NCBI GenBank assembly: GCA_036404015.1
Contig: DASWPO010000093.1
Location: 4,165-68,164, forward strand
DNA length: 64,000 nt
From: Bordetella sp.
GTDB lineage: Bacteria; Pseudomonadota; Gammaproteobacteria; Burkholderiales; Burkholderiaceae_B
Direction of reading: 5' to 3'
In this document: in pieces, positions 20,201-28,471 of the stretch
Position numbering within the stretch: the first letter of the stretch is position 1
How the letters are laid out: every line of letters starts with the position of its first letter
Notes under the pieces: generated by a model
Databases searched by the model: none
Told to the model about the DNA's origin: nothing
Seen by the model: only the letters and a program-made list of their open reading frames with translations
Position numbers and translations under genes: made by a program

Positions 20201-20318
20201 GAGCGAGGACGGCGAGGATGAGCTGCTGGCCACGGGATATTCCTGCCGCAGCCAGGTGCGGCGGCTGCGCGGCCGCGCGCTGCGTCACCCGGTGCAAGTG
20301 CTGCTGGACTATTACTGA
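17289..20318 (+). CDS. ydiJ: FAD-binding/4Fe-4S oxidoreductase, YdiJ-like (D-2-hydroxyglutarate dehydrogenase family)
   Basis: ATDNSIYQ, PRGGGTGTNGQSL, DASGQGS, WGEHGKG, CNGNGAC, CLACKSCAGQCP, GCCGMSGTYGHE, TGYSCRSQ. Confidence 0.88.
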   Translation: MISRLAPAVSPSQPYRVFLDALAASGFRGEIDAGAAMRTVLATDNSIYQRLPQAAVFPRDAEDVQSIARLLALPAHRRVAVAPRGGGTGTNGQSLTDGIVVDLSRHMNRILEIDPAARRVRVQAGVVKDQLNAALRPHGLFFAPELSTSNRATIGGMVNTDASGQGSCTYGKTRHHVLALDCVLLGGERLASRPVAEGELAALCAGAGRAGQVYRTAQRIHAERADEIAAQFPRLNRSLTGYDLAHLREPDGRFNLNSVLCGSEGSLAMVVEATLNVLPIPRHTVLVNVRYGSFMDALRDAQALMAHRPLSIETVDSKVLMLAMQDIVWQGVAQYFPEDGAQPVRGINLVEFCGDDPAELRWRTEDFLAHLRADHSVLRLGHTLAEGHAAVERVYGMRKRAVGLLGNTPGEQRPQPFVEDTVVPPGHLADYIAEFRALLDGHGLEYGMFGHVDAGVLHVRPALDMKDPRQAALVRPISDAVAGLTRKYGGLLWGEHGKGVRSEYVPDFFGPLYPALQALKAAFDPANQLNPGKIATPADGGAALLRIDGVPLRGEADRQITPGVWLSYGSAMHCNGNGACYNFDPDDAMCPSWKATRDRVHSPKGRASLMREWLRQQQAAGADVLAPRRGWLAGLPARWRNDWARRRGEADFSHEVYDAMAGCLACKSCAGQCPVKVNVPALRARFLALYHTRYPRPLKDYVIGSMEYTVAGLSRLPRLYNAIMGAAPVRAALARRVGLVDSPLFSDLDWRGHLRRLGVRPATVRRLAALTEAQRARSVVLVQDAFTRYFETPVAADFVELAVRAGYDVYVAPFLPNGKPLQVHGFLDGFERAARRNAVRLRRLADCGVALVGLDPAMTLTYRQEYPQVLGEESCPRVLLPQEWLAQALPARGGRPAAALSYRLLAHCTERTTAPASAAQWRAVFERAGLSLALQASGCCGMSGTYGHEVRHLETSQAIFAQSWSAFVDAASEDGEDELLATGYSCRSQVRRLRGRALRHPVQVLLDYY

Positions 20319-20379
20319 TCGGTGCCTGGGTGGCGCCGCCTCGTGCCTCGTGGCCAGGCCGCGCCGCCCGAATGCGCCG

Positions 20380-21528
20380 TCAGGCGGTCGCCAGCGTGCC
20401 CAGCAGGGCTTCCATGTCTTCCTTGCGCACCTTGGGCTGCCAGGGACGCCACGGCATGCGCAGGGTCCGGGCCTGGCGTTCCTCATAAGCCAGGAACTCC
20501 TGCGTGATCGCGATACCGCGCACACCGCCACGGACCGCGCCGGCACGCACGTCGCCGTAGTACTCCTCCCAGTCGGCCGGCAAGCGCTGCGCGGACGGCA
20601 CCGCCAGCCACAGGCGCAGCAGGTGGCGCTTGAGGTCCGGTTCGTCGTAGTCCTCGAAGGCGGTGCGCGAGTGCAGCGTCACATAGTTGTTGAGCAACTG
20701 CAGGTCGCCGCGCTCCAGCTCCATGGTGTGGCACAGCAGCGGGCTGGGCATGAGCTCATCCATCAGGTCCAGCGCCTGGATCTGCTGCGGCGTCAGGCGC
20801 GGCACTTCGGGATAGTCGCGCTGCACCGCATCGGTGTTCTTGCGGTTGGTGCGGGCGCAGAAGTACTCGGGGTCGCTGCCGAAGATGGGGCAGCGGTAGT
20901 AGGGCGGCTGGCTCGGATCCTGCGTGCTCTGGTAGCTATGGAACCAGGGCTGTTCGAGCACCGGGATCAGGTCTGGACGGCGTCGCTGCACTTCGTTGTA
21001 CAGCGCCATGGAGCTGATGACTTTGCTGGTGCCGCCCGCCTTGGCGGTGCGCCGGCACAGCAGGGCCACGACATCGCAGGAGTCCTGGTGGAAGTCCAGG
21101 CCGGCGTTGGTGTTGTAGCCGCGCCCGCCCTTGACCTTGTAGTCCAGGCCTTCGTTGCGCACGTCGTTGATGACCTGGCTGGCGCGGTTCTGGGTGCGGC
21201 CCACGCCCATGTACAGGCTCATGCCCCAGTAGGCTATCCGGGTTTCCTCTTCGTTCCAGGCGTCGGTGGGAAGGCCCTTGACCAGGCGCATGCCCCAGCG
21301 CCCTTGGGTGCCGTCGATGGCGCGCCGTAACGCGGCCTGCGAGGCCTCGGGCAGAGGGTAGTCGGCCTGTTCCATCGACAGCAGCGGCTTGGCGGCGGCC
21401 TTGGCGTGGCGTAACGCCAGGTCGAAACCTTCGGCTTCCTGCGGCGTCAGGCGCTGGATCCAGGAATCGTCCTGCCGCGCTTGTTCGGCGGTCCAGGCGC
21501 TCGGGCCGGCGTGGGGAGTAGGGGTCAT
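20380..21528 (-). CDS. TauD/TfdA family Fe(II)/2-oxoglutarate dioxygenase
   Basis: HxD triad FHQD...NNYVTLHSR; RHLLRLWL. Confidence 0.9.
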   Translation of the reverse strand: MTPTPHAGPSAWTAEQARQDDSWIQRLTPQEAEGFDLALRHAKAAAKPLLSMEQADYPLPEASQAALRRAIDGTQGRWGMRLVKGLPTDAWNEEETRIAYWGMSLYMGVGRTQNRASQVINDVRNEGLDYKVKGGRGYNTNAGLDFHQDSCDVVALLCRRTAKAGGTSKVISSMALYNEVQRRRPDLIPVLEQPWFHSYQSTQDPSQPPYYRCPIFGSDPEYFCARTNRKNTDAVQRDYPEVPRLTPQQIQALDLMDELMPSPLLCHTMELERGDLQLLNNYVTLHSRTAFEDYDEPDLKRHLLRLWLAVPSAQRLPADWEEYYGDVRAGAVRGGVRGIAITQEFLAYEERQARTLRMPWRPWQPKVRKEDMEALLGTLATA

Positions 21529-21561
21529 CATGAGTCTCCAAAGTGATTTATGTGGCCATAG

Positions 21562-21578
21562 TCTAAGCACTTGTGGAT
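21562..21578. promoter_or_regulatory. Conserved divergent-promoter element, copy 1 (leftward -10-like TAGACT)
   Basis: TCTAAGcaCTTGTgGAT begins 62 bp before lysR ATG 21624; matching copy at 27459. Confidence 0.55.
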
Positions 21579-21623
21579 GGTTAGAATAGTGAACCTATTT
21601 GACAAAACAGGTAAGGATTCTTG

Positions 21624-22517
21624 ATGAAGATCGAAGCCTTGCACACGCTCGAAGCCATCCTGCACACCGGTACGTTCGCCCAGGCTGCGCTGGAACGCAA
21701 CGTGACGCGCAGCGCGGTGAGCATGCAGGTCAAGCAACTGGAGCTCTACGTCGGGCAGCCACTGTTCGACCGCTCCGGCCTCTACGCGCGGCCCACCTCC
21801 CTGGCCAGGGAACTGGTCTACACCATGCACGATGCGCTGGCGCGGCTGGAAACCCTGCGCAAGCGGCCCAGTGTGGCGGTGGAAGGGATCGTGCGGCTGG
21901 GCGTCATCGAATCCATGCAGCCCATCGTGCTGCCGGGAACCCTGAAATGGCTGGCCGAGCGGCATCCGCGGCTGGAGATACGTCCGGCTCGCGGGCGCAG
22001 CAGCACGCTCATGACGGCGGTGAGGTCAGGCGAACTGGACGCGGCCCTGGTGGCGCAGCCGCCGGAAGGCGCCTCCGCCCGTCTGCGATGGCAGCCCATG
22101 CTGAGCCGCGAACTGATGCTGCTGGCCCCGCCCGAGGCGGGCGAGGCCTCGGTACAGGCGCTGTTTCGCCTGTACCCCTGGATCCGCTACGACCGCAAGA
22201 CGGTCAGTGGATCGGTGGCGTCGCATTACGTCGCACAGCAGATCGGCGACGTGCGCGGCGCGCTGGAATTCGACAGCGCCACGGCCATTCTGGCCATGGT
22301 CAGCGCCGGGTTGGGCGTGGCCGTCATCCAGCTCTCGGAACCGGCCCTGCTGCAGAGCTATCCGGTGCGCATCGTGCGCCTGGGGCGCAATGCGCCGTCG
22401 ATACAGTATTCGCTGGTCTCGCGGCGCGGGGATGAAGGCAGCCGCGCGCTGCAGGCGATGCACGACGCCATGCAGTCGGCGCTGGTCGTGGCACGGCACC
22501 CGAAGCGCAAGGGCTGA
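21624..22517 (+). CDS. LysR family regulator (paralog of 27521..28381)
   Basis: HTH; shares GVIESMQ, LAMVSAGLG, IQLSE blocks with the LysR at 27521. Confidence 0.93.
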   Translation: MKIEALHTLEAILHTGTFAQAALERNVTRSAVSMQVKQLELYVGQPLFDRSGLYARPTSLARELVYTMHDALARLETLRKRPSVAVEGIVRLGVIESMQPIVLPGTLKWLAERHPRLEIRPARGRSSTLMTAVRSGELDAALVAQPPEGASARLRWQPMLSRELMLLAPPEAGEASVQALFRLYPWIRYDRKTVSGSVASHYVAQQIGDVRGALEFDSATAILAMVSAGLGVAVIQLSEPALLQSYPVRIVRLGRNAPSIQYSLVSRRGDEGSRALQAMHDAMQSALVVARHPKRKG

Positions 22518-22531
22518 GGGCCCGGGCTTGT

Positions 22532-23158
22532 CTATGCCGGGTTCGCGGGCAGGCCGGCCCAGGGCCGCCGCAGGGCATCCTGCGCCAGCCAGGCCGCCAC
22601 GTCGCTGTCGTAGCGGCGGGTCGTGTCGATGTCGTCCCAGCCGTTGATCAGGCGCAGGCGCCATACGGGGTCGACGTGGAAATCGAAACCCTGGCCGCCG
22701 ACCTCGATGCGGCAGGCCTCGAGGTCCACCTCGGCCTCCACGCCGCCGGGCGCGAGCAGTGCGAACATCGCTTCGGCGGCGGCTTCGTCGACCCTGGCCG
22801 GAAGCAGGCCGTTGTTCACCGCATTGGAGGCGAATATGTCGCCGTGCGAGGGAGCGATGACGCAGCGGATGCCCGCGTCCGCCAGCGCATAGACGGCGGC
22901 CTCGCGCGACGAGCCGCTGCCGAAGTTGCGGCCGGCCACGAGGATGCGCGCGCCGTGGTTGCGAGGCTGGTTGAGCGGAAACTGCCCGTCATGGGCGCCG
23001 TCCTGCAGGCGGCGCAAGTCGTGGAACAGGAAGGGGGCATACCCCTCGGGCAGGTTGCGCGGTTGCTTCATGAAGCGCGCCGGCAGCACCTGGTCGGTGT
23101 CGATGTTGATCTGCGGCAGTGCGCAGGCCACGGCGCGCAGGCGTACCAGCGGTTCCAT
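22532..23158 (-). CDS. leuD: 3-isopropylmalate dehydratase small subunit-like protein (probably catabolic paralog)
   Basis: NIDTDQVLPARF, NFGSGSSREAA, DIFASNAVNNGLLP; start overlaps leuC-like stop. Confidence 0.88.
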   Translation of the reverse strand: MEPLVRLRAVACALPQINIDTDQVLPARFMKQPRNLPEGYAPFLFHDLRRLQDGAHDGQFPLNQPRNHGARILVAGRNFGSGSSREAAVYALADAGIRCVIAPSHGDIFASNAVNNGLLPARVDEAAAEAMFALLAPGGVEAEVDLEACRIEVGGQGFDFHVDPVWRLRLINGWDDIDTTRRYDSDVAAWLAQDALRRPWAGLPANPA

Positions 23159-24576
23159 CAGGGCCTCCGTTGCGTCAGTTCGCGCATGTCGATCAGCCTG
23201 CCGGCGACGGCCGCCGCGGCGACCATGGCCGGCGACATCAAATGCGTGCGCGATCCCAGGCCTTGCCGGCCTTTGAAGTTGCGGTTGGTGGTGGAGGCGC
23301 AGCGTTGGCCGGCATCGAGCATGTCGCCGTTCATGGCCGCGCACATCGAACATCCCGAGCCGCCCCATTCCAGCCCGGCATCGAGGAAGATGCGGTCCAG
23401 GCCTTCTGCTTCGGCCTGGCGCTGCACCAGCGTGGAGCCCGGCGACACGAGTCCCGGCACCTTGCTGCGGCGGCCGGCCAGCACCGCGGCGGCCGCACGC
23501 AGGTCCTCGATGCGCGCATTGGTGCACGAGCCGATGAAGACGCGGTCCACGGCGATATCGGTCAGGCGCATACCGGGCGACAGGGCCATATAGTCGATGG
23601 CGTCGCGCACGTGCGCGGCGCGCGCCGGGTCGCCCAGCGCGTCCGGGTCCGGCACGGTGCCGTTGATGGGCAAGGCGTCCTCGGGCGTCGTGCCCCAGGT
23701 CACGGTGGGTTCTATCTGCGAGGTGTCGAGCACCAGTTCGCGTTCGAACACGGCGTCGTCGTCGCCGGCCAGTTCGAGCCATTGCTGCGCCGCCTGGTCG
23801 AATGCATCGCCAGCGGGCGCGAACGGGCGGCCGCGCAGGTAGTCCAGCGTGACCGCGTCGGGCGCGACCATGCCGCAGCGCGCGCCCGACTCGATCGACA
23901 TATTGCACAGCGTCATGCGGCCTTCCATCGAGAGCGCGCGCACGGCGGCGCCGGCGTATTCGATGACATGTCCCACGGCGCCGTCGGCGCCCAGCCGCGC
24001 CACGATGGTGAGCGCCATGTCTTTGGCGCCCAGGCCGGGCGCCAGTTGACCGTCCACGCGCACGCGCAGCCGCTTCGGCCGCTTCTGCCAGAGCGTCTGC
24101 GTCATGAGCACGTGGGCGACTTCGGAGGCGCCGATGCCGAAGGCCCAGGCGCCCAGGGCGCCGTGGGTGGACGTGTGGCTGTCGCCCTCGACCACCAGCA
24201 GGCCCGGCAGCGTCATGCCCAGCTCGGGGCCCACCACGTGCACGATGCCTTGCCACGGATGGTGCATGTCATACAGGCGAATGCCGAAATCGCGGGCGTT
24301 CGCGGCGAGCTGGTCCATCATGCGGGTCAGCTCGGCGTTGGCGATGGGCAGGTTGCGCCCGCGCGTGGGCACGTAGTGGTCGGCGATGGCCACCGTGAGG
24401 TCGGGACGGGCCACGGTTTCCCCGCGGGCGCGCACCTTGTTGAAGGCATGGAATGAGCCTTCCTGCACATAGTGCCGGTCCACCCATACCAGGCTGGCGC
24501 CATCTTCGCGCTGCGCGACGACGTGCGAATTCCAGAGCTTGTCGAACAGGGTCTGCGGGGTGCGGGGCGTCGACAT
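23158..24576 (-). CDS. leuC: 3-isopropylmalate dehydratase large subunit-like protein (divergent active site)
   Basis: TLFDKLW, GDSHTSTHGA, FIGSCTNARIEDLR, GCSMC, STTNRNFKGRQG, THLMSP. Confidence 0.9.
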   Translation of the reverse strand: MSTPRTPQTLFDKLWNSHVVAQREDGASLVWVDRHYVQEGSFHAFNKVRARGETVARPDLTVAIADHYVPTRGRNLPIANAELTRMMDQLAANARDFGIRLYDMHHPWQGIVHVVGPELGMTLPGLLVVEGDSHTSTHGALGAWAFGIGASEVAHVLMTQTLWQKRPKRLRVRVDGQLAPGLGAKDMALTIVARLGADGAVGHVIEYAGAAVRALSMEGRMTLCNMSIESGARCGMVAPDAVTLDYLRGRPFAPAGDAFDQAAQQWLELAGDDDAVFERELVLDTSQIEPTVTWGTTPEDALPINGTVPDPDALGDPARAAHVRDAIDYMALSPGMRLTDIAVDRVFIGSCTNARIEDLRAAAAVLAGRRSKVPGLVSPGSTLVQRQAEAEGLDRIFLDAGLEWGGSGCSMCAAMNGDMLDAGQRCASTTNRNFKGRQGLGSRTHLMSPAMVAAAAVAGRLIDMRELTQRRP

Positions 24577-24585
24577 CGTGCAGCC

Positions 24586-25500
24586 TCACCCTTGCGGAAA
24601 GCCGTAGAGTTCGGCTGGGTTGTCGGTGAAGATGCGGCGGCGTACGGCTTGGTCGGGGATCCAGTCGCAGAACAGGTCGAGCAGCGCTCCGTCGTTGGGC
24701 ACCGTGTCCGGGGGAAACAGCGCCGGGTGCGGCCAGTTGGTGCCGAAGACGAGGCGGTCCGGCCGCGCTTGCACCAGCGTCTCCACCAACGGGCGGATGT
24801 CCGCATAATCGGGTCCGCCGCTGTCGGAACGGCGATACCAACTGGAAATCTTGGCCCAGCAATCGTCGCGCGAACGCAGGATGCGCAGCATGGCCTGGAA
24901 GCCGGCGTTGCCTGGCCCCTCGCCGCCACGCACGCTGCCCAGGTGATCGAATACCAGTGGTACGGGCAGGCGAAGCAGCGTGTCTTCCAAGGCGGCGATT
25001 TCGTCGGCATGGTGAAAGTGCACCTGCAGGTGCCAGCCCAACGGTCGTATGCGCGGCGCCAGCGCGGCAATGGCGTCGGTGCCGCCGTAACCCTTCACGA
25101 ATGTGGAAACGCGCACGCCACGCATGCCGCCCCGATGCAGCCGGTCCAGTTCGGCCGCGTCGACGTCCGGCGGCAGGCCGGCCACCCCTCGCGCACGGTG
25201 CTGTCCCAGTTCGGCGATCAGGTCGAGCGTGAGGCTATTGTCGGCGCCGTAAACGCTGGCGCTGACCTGCACCGTTCGTTCGATGCCGAGCACTGCGCAC
25301 ATGGCCAGATAATCGGCCCGGGTTGCCTGCGCCGGCGTATACGAGCGCGCGGGGGTGTAGGGGTAGCGCTCGGGTTGTTCATAGATGTGGCAGTGGCAGT
25401 CCGTCGCGCCGGGCGGCAGCGCGTGGCGCGGCGGCCGCGGCCGATGATCGGCCGGCAAGCATATCGGCGGTTGGGAGGTGTCAGCAATATCGGTGTTCAT
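24586..25500 (-). CDS. Amidohydrolase_2 family protein (LigI/lactonase-like)
   Basis: DCHCHIY, YGADN, RGVR, VFDHLG, FGTNWPHP, DNPAELYGF. Confidence 0.9.
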   Translation of the reverse strand: MNTDIADTSQPPICLPADHRPRPPRHALPPGATDCHCHIYEQPERYPYTPARSYTPAQATRADYLAMCAVLGIERTVQVSASVYGADNSLTLDLIAELGQHRARGVAGLPPDVDAAELDRLHRGGMRGVRVSTFVKGYGGTDAIAALAPRIRPLGWHLQVHFHHADEIAALEDTLLRLPVPLVFDHLGSVRGGEGPGNAGFQAMLRILRSRDDCWAKISSWYRRSDSGGPDYADIRPLVETLVQARPDRLVFGTNWPHPALFPPDTVPNDGALLDLFCDWIPDQAVRRRIFTDNPAELYGFPQG

Positions 25501-25520
25501 GTCAGGGCTCGGTATGCAAG

Positions 25521-26486
25521 TCAGCGGAGTGTGATGTGGGCGTCCTGGATAACCTTGGTCCACTTTTCCGTTTCCGTCTTGATGATCCGGTCAAAATCGG
25601 AGCCCGACCCGGTCAGGACATCCGAACCAAGGTCGCCGAATTGCCGCCGCGTCTCGGCCGAGTTCAACACTTGCTGCATGGCGGTGTTGATCTTGTCAAT
25701 GATCTGCTGTGGCGTGCCGGCGGGCAGCAGCAAGCCGGTGGTCGTGCTGGATTCGAAGCCGGGCAGGCCGGACTCGGCCAGCGTCGGAATCTGCGGGACC
25801 ACGCTGGAACGCGCACTTGTCGTCACGCCCAGTGCCCGCAACTTGCCGGCATTGATCTGCGGCAGCGTGGAGGCAAGTTGGTCGAACGTGAGGTCGACAT
25901 GACCGCCAAGCAGATCGGCCACGGCTTCGCTGCTGCCCTTGTAGGGCACGTGCAGGAGTTTGGTGCCGCTGGCGCTCTGGAACAGTTCGGCCGTCAAATG
26001 CGCAGCCGTGCCGGTACCGGACGAAGCCACCGTCAGCTTTCCCGGCTGCTGTTTCGCATAAGCGATGAATTCAGCCACGCTGTGCACTGGCAGCGACGGC
26101 GAGACCACCAGCAGCAGCGGGGCGCGGGCAATCGGTGACGCGGCGACGAAATCCTTTTCGACATTCAGCTTCAAGTCCGGATTCAGCGCCTTGGCCGGCG
26201 CCAGAGCGCCGGTTGATGCGAGCAACATCGTGTAGCCGTCCGCTGGGGACCGGGCCACGATTTCGGACCCCAAAATGCCCGCCGCGCCTGGCCGGTTGTC
26301 CACGATGACCGATTGTCCGAACTGTTCGGTCAGGCCTTTGGCGATTATGCGCCCGGTGGCATCGATGTTGCCCCCGGGCGGGAAGGGCACGATCAGCCTG
26401 ATGGGATGGTCGGGGTATGCTGCTTGGGCGCAGGCGGAAGCCGCGCAGAGCGCGACGCAGGCGAATAGACGGGCAAAGGGTTTCAT
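25521..26486 (-). CDS. Bug/TctC substrate-binding protein
   Basis: YPDHPIRLIVPFPPGGNID, DNRPGAAG, ADGYT, HVPYKG. Confidence 0.95.
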   Translation of the reverse strand: MKPFARLFACVALCAASACAQAAYPDHPIRLIVPFPPGGNIDATGRIIAKGLTEQFGQSVIVDNRPGAAGILGSEIVARSPADGYTMLLASTGALAPAKALNPDLKLNVEKDFVAASPIARAPLLLVVSPSLPVHSVAEFIAYAKQQPGKLTVASSGTGTAAHLTAELFQSASGTKLLHVPYKGSSEAVADLLGGHVDLTFDQLASTLPQINAGKLRALGVTTSARSSVVPQIPTLAESGLPGFESSTTTGLLLPAGTPQQIIDKINTAMQQVLNSAETRRQFGDLGSDVLTGSGSDFDRIIKTETEKWTKVIQDAHITLR

Positions 26487-26544
26487 GTTGTCTCCTATTA
26501 TTGTTGCGACGCCATGCGCTGTGCGCCGGCGGCGTCATGCTTTA

Positions 26545-26571
26545 AGCCAGCGTAGCTTAGCCAGCGTAGCT
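26545..26571. repeat. 14-bp-period tandem duplication spanning the lyase stop codon
   Basis: AGCCAGCGTAGCT at 26545-26557 and 26559-26571. Confidence 0.85.
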
Positions 26572-27423
26572 GCGGGCCAATTCAAGCAGTTCGGGCGTGC
26601 CGATGAGGCGGTTGAGTTCGTTGAAATCGAACATCTGGTCCTTCATCGGCTGCGTGGTGCCGCATGCCTTGAGGCTCGTGTAGTAGTTTTCCAGTTGCCG
26701 CGCCGCGAAACGGGCCGTGCCGCCCGGGAAGATGACGATGCGGTAGCCGCGGCCGCTCAGTTCCTCCACGCTCTGGATGGGCGTCTTGCCGCCTTCCACC
26801 ATATTGGCCAGCATCGGCGCACGCGAGGAGAAAATGCCGCAGACGCGGTCCATGTCGGCCGCCGAAGAGACGGCTTCGATAAAGAGCGCGTCCGCGCCGT
26901 TGGCCAGATAGGCTTCCGCGCGGTCGATCGCCGCATCCAGGCCTTCCACGGCGACCGCGTCGGTGCGCGCCAGTATGAGTGTGTCGGGACTGTGGCGGGC
27001 ATCCAGGGCGGCGCGCAATTTGCCGCACATTTCCGCTGTCGATACCAGTGATTTGTTTTCCAGGTGGCCGCAGCGCTTGGGGAAGGTCTGGTCCTCCAGT
27101 TGGATCATGGCGGCCCCAGCGCGCTCAAAATCCCGCACGGTGCGCTGGACGTTGATCGCATTGCCAAAGCCTGTGTCGCCGTCGACGATGACCGGCGTGC
27201 GCACGCGGTCGGTAATGCGGGACAGCGTGTCGACCGCCTCCTTGGCAGTGGTCAGGCCGACATCGGAGCGGCCGAACTGGGTGTAGGAAACGGCTCCCCC
27301 CGAGAGGTATAGGGCCTCGAAACCCGCGCGTTCGGCGATCAGGGCCGTCAAGGCGTCGTATACGCCGGGCGCCAGGATTGCCGGTGCGGTCAGCAATCGT
27401 GCTTTGAGTGTGTCGGAAGGCAA
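26557..27423 (-). CDS. Isocitrate lyase/PEP mutase family C-C lyase (PrpB / 2,3-dimethylmalate lyase-like)
   Basis: APGVYDAL, DGDTGFGN, EDQTFPKRCGH, ARTDA, NMVEGGKTP; TTG start. Confidence 0.9.
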   Translation of the reverse strand: MPSDTLKARLLTAPAILAPGVYDALTALIAERAGFEALYLSGGAVSYTQFGRSDVGLTTAKEAVDTLSRITDRVRTPVIVDGDTGFGNAINVQRTVRDFERAGAAMIQLEDQTFPKRCGHLENKSLVSTAEMCGKLRAALDARHSPDTLILARTDAVAVEGLDAAIDRAEAYLANGADALFIEAVSSAADMDRVCGIFSSRAPMLANMVEGGKTPIQSVEELSGRGYRIVIFPGGTARFAARQLENYYTSLKACGTTQPMKDQMFDFNELNRLIGTPELLELARSYAG

Positions 27424-27458
27424 GATTTCATCCAGTGAGTATATGTATCACGACAAAT

Positions 27459-27475
27459 TCTAAGAGCTTGTCGAT
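27459..27475. promoter_or_regulatory. Conserved divergent-promoter element, copy 2 (leftward -10-like TAGAAT)
   Basis: TCTAAGagCTTGTcGAT begins 62 bp before lysR ATG 27521, the same spacing as copy 1. Confidence 0.55.
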
Positions 27476-27520
27476 TAAAATAAAATCAAGTAATTTTTAA
27501 AAAATAGTGGAATTATTTTT

Positions 27521-28381
27521 ATGAAGTGGGAAGCCTTTGCCACGCTGGATGCGGTGCTTTGCACGGGGACGCTGGCCGGCGCGGCCAAGAGCATGAACCT
27601 CACCGCCAGCGCGGTCAGCATCCAGATGAAGCAGTTGGAGGCCTTTATCGGTCATCAGCTTTTCGACCGTTCGGGGCTGCAGGTCAAACCGCTGCCGTTG
27701 GCGCACGAGGTGGCGGCCGTGATGCGCCGGGCCAAGGTCGAATTGGACGGTCTGCGCAGGCCTTCGAGCATTCTGCTCGAGGGCACCGTCGATCTGGGGA
27801 TCATCGAGTCGATGCAGTCGAGGCTGCTGCCTGGCGTTCTGCAGGCGCTACGCATCAGCCATCCTGCGCTGCGCGTGCACCCGCATCGGGGCAAGAGCGC
27901 GCAATTGACCAACGCGGTCAAAGCGGGCGACCTGGACGCGGCGATTGTGGCGCAACCCGAGTCCGGCGGCTCTTCCCGGCTGCAGTGGTATGCGCTGTCG
28001 CAATACCCGCTGTCCTTGGTCGTGCCGCCGAATGCTGAAGCCCAATCCATTCCCGACCTGTTCAAACGCTACGAATGGATCCAGTACGACAAGGCGACTG
28101 TCGCGGGCCGGCTGGCGGCGCGCTATATACACCAGCACTTCAAACCGCTGACCAGCGGGTTGGAGCTGGACGGCGTGCGGGCGGTGCTTGCCATGGTGAG
28201 CGCGGGGCTCGGGCTATCGGTGATCCAGTTGTCCGAATCCAACATCGCCCAGCTTTTTCCCGTGCGTGTGGTGGCGCTGCCCAACCCGCCCATGATCCAG
28301 TTCTCGCTGGTATTTCGCGCCAGCGACGAACACAGCCGTGCGCTGATCGCCATCCGGGATGCCGTGGTGACGTCAGTCTAA
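27521..28381 (+). CDS. LysR family regulator
   Basis: HTH (NLTASAVSIQMKQLE..LFDRSG); AT-rich divergent promoter 27424-27520. Confidence 0.93.
   Translation: MKWEAFATLDAVLCTGTLAGAAKSMNLTASAVSIQMKQLEAFIGHQLFDRSGLQVKPLPLAHEVAAVMRRAKVELDGLRRPSSILLEGTVDLGIIESMQSRLLPGVLQALRISHPALRVHPHRGKSAQLTNAVKAGDLDAAIVAQPESGGSSRLQWYALSQYPLSLVVPPNAEAQSIPDLFKRYEWIQYDKATVAGRLAARYIHQHFKPLTSGLELDGVRAVLAMVSAGLGLSVIQLSESNIAQLFPVRVVALPNPPMIQFSLVFRASDEHSRALIAIRDAVVTSV
28131..28358 (+). repeat. Copy 1 of a 228-bp direct repeat (lysR 3' end); copy 2 at 48440..48667
   Basis: Ungapped manual alignment, offset 20309 bp, 18 mismatches (~92%). Confidence 0.9.
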
Positions 28382-28471
28382 GTGCACGGCTGACGAGGCA
28401 ATCGGCGCGCGATTCCGCCAAGCATCGGGGCGCTTCCCGCCCCTTGTCTGGCTTGCGGTCACGGCCCCCTT

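Noticed and set aside
22532-24576. Housekeeping leucine biosynthesis operon
   Set aside because: No leuA/leuB, altered substrate motifs, and embedded with a transporter, lactonase and lyase
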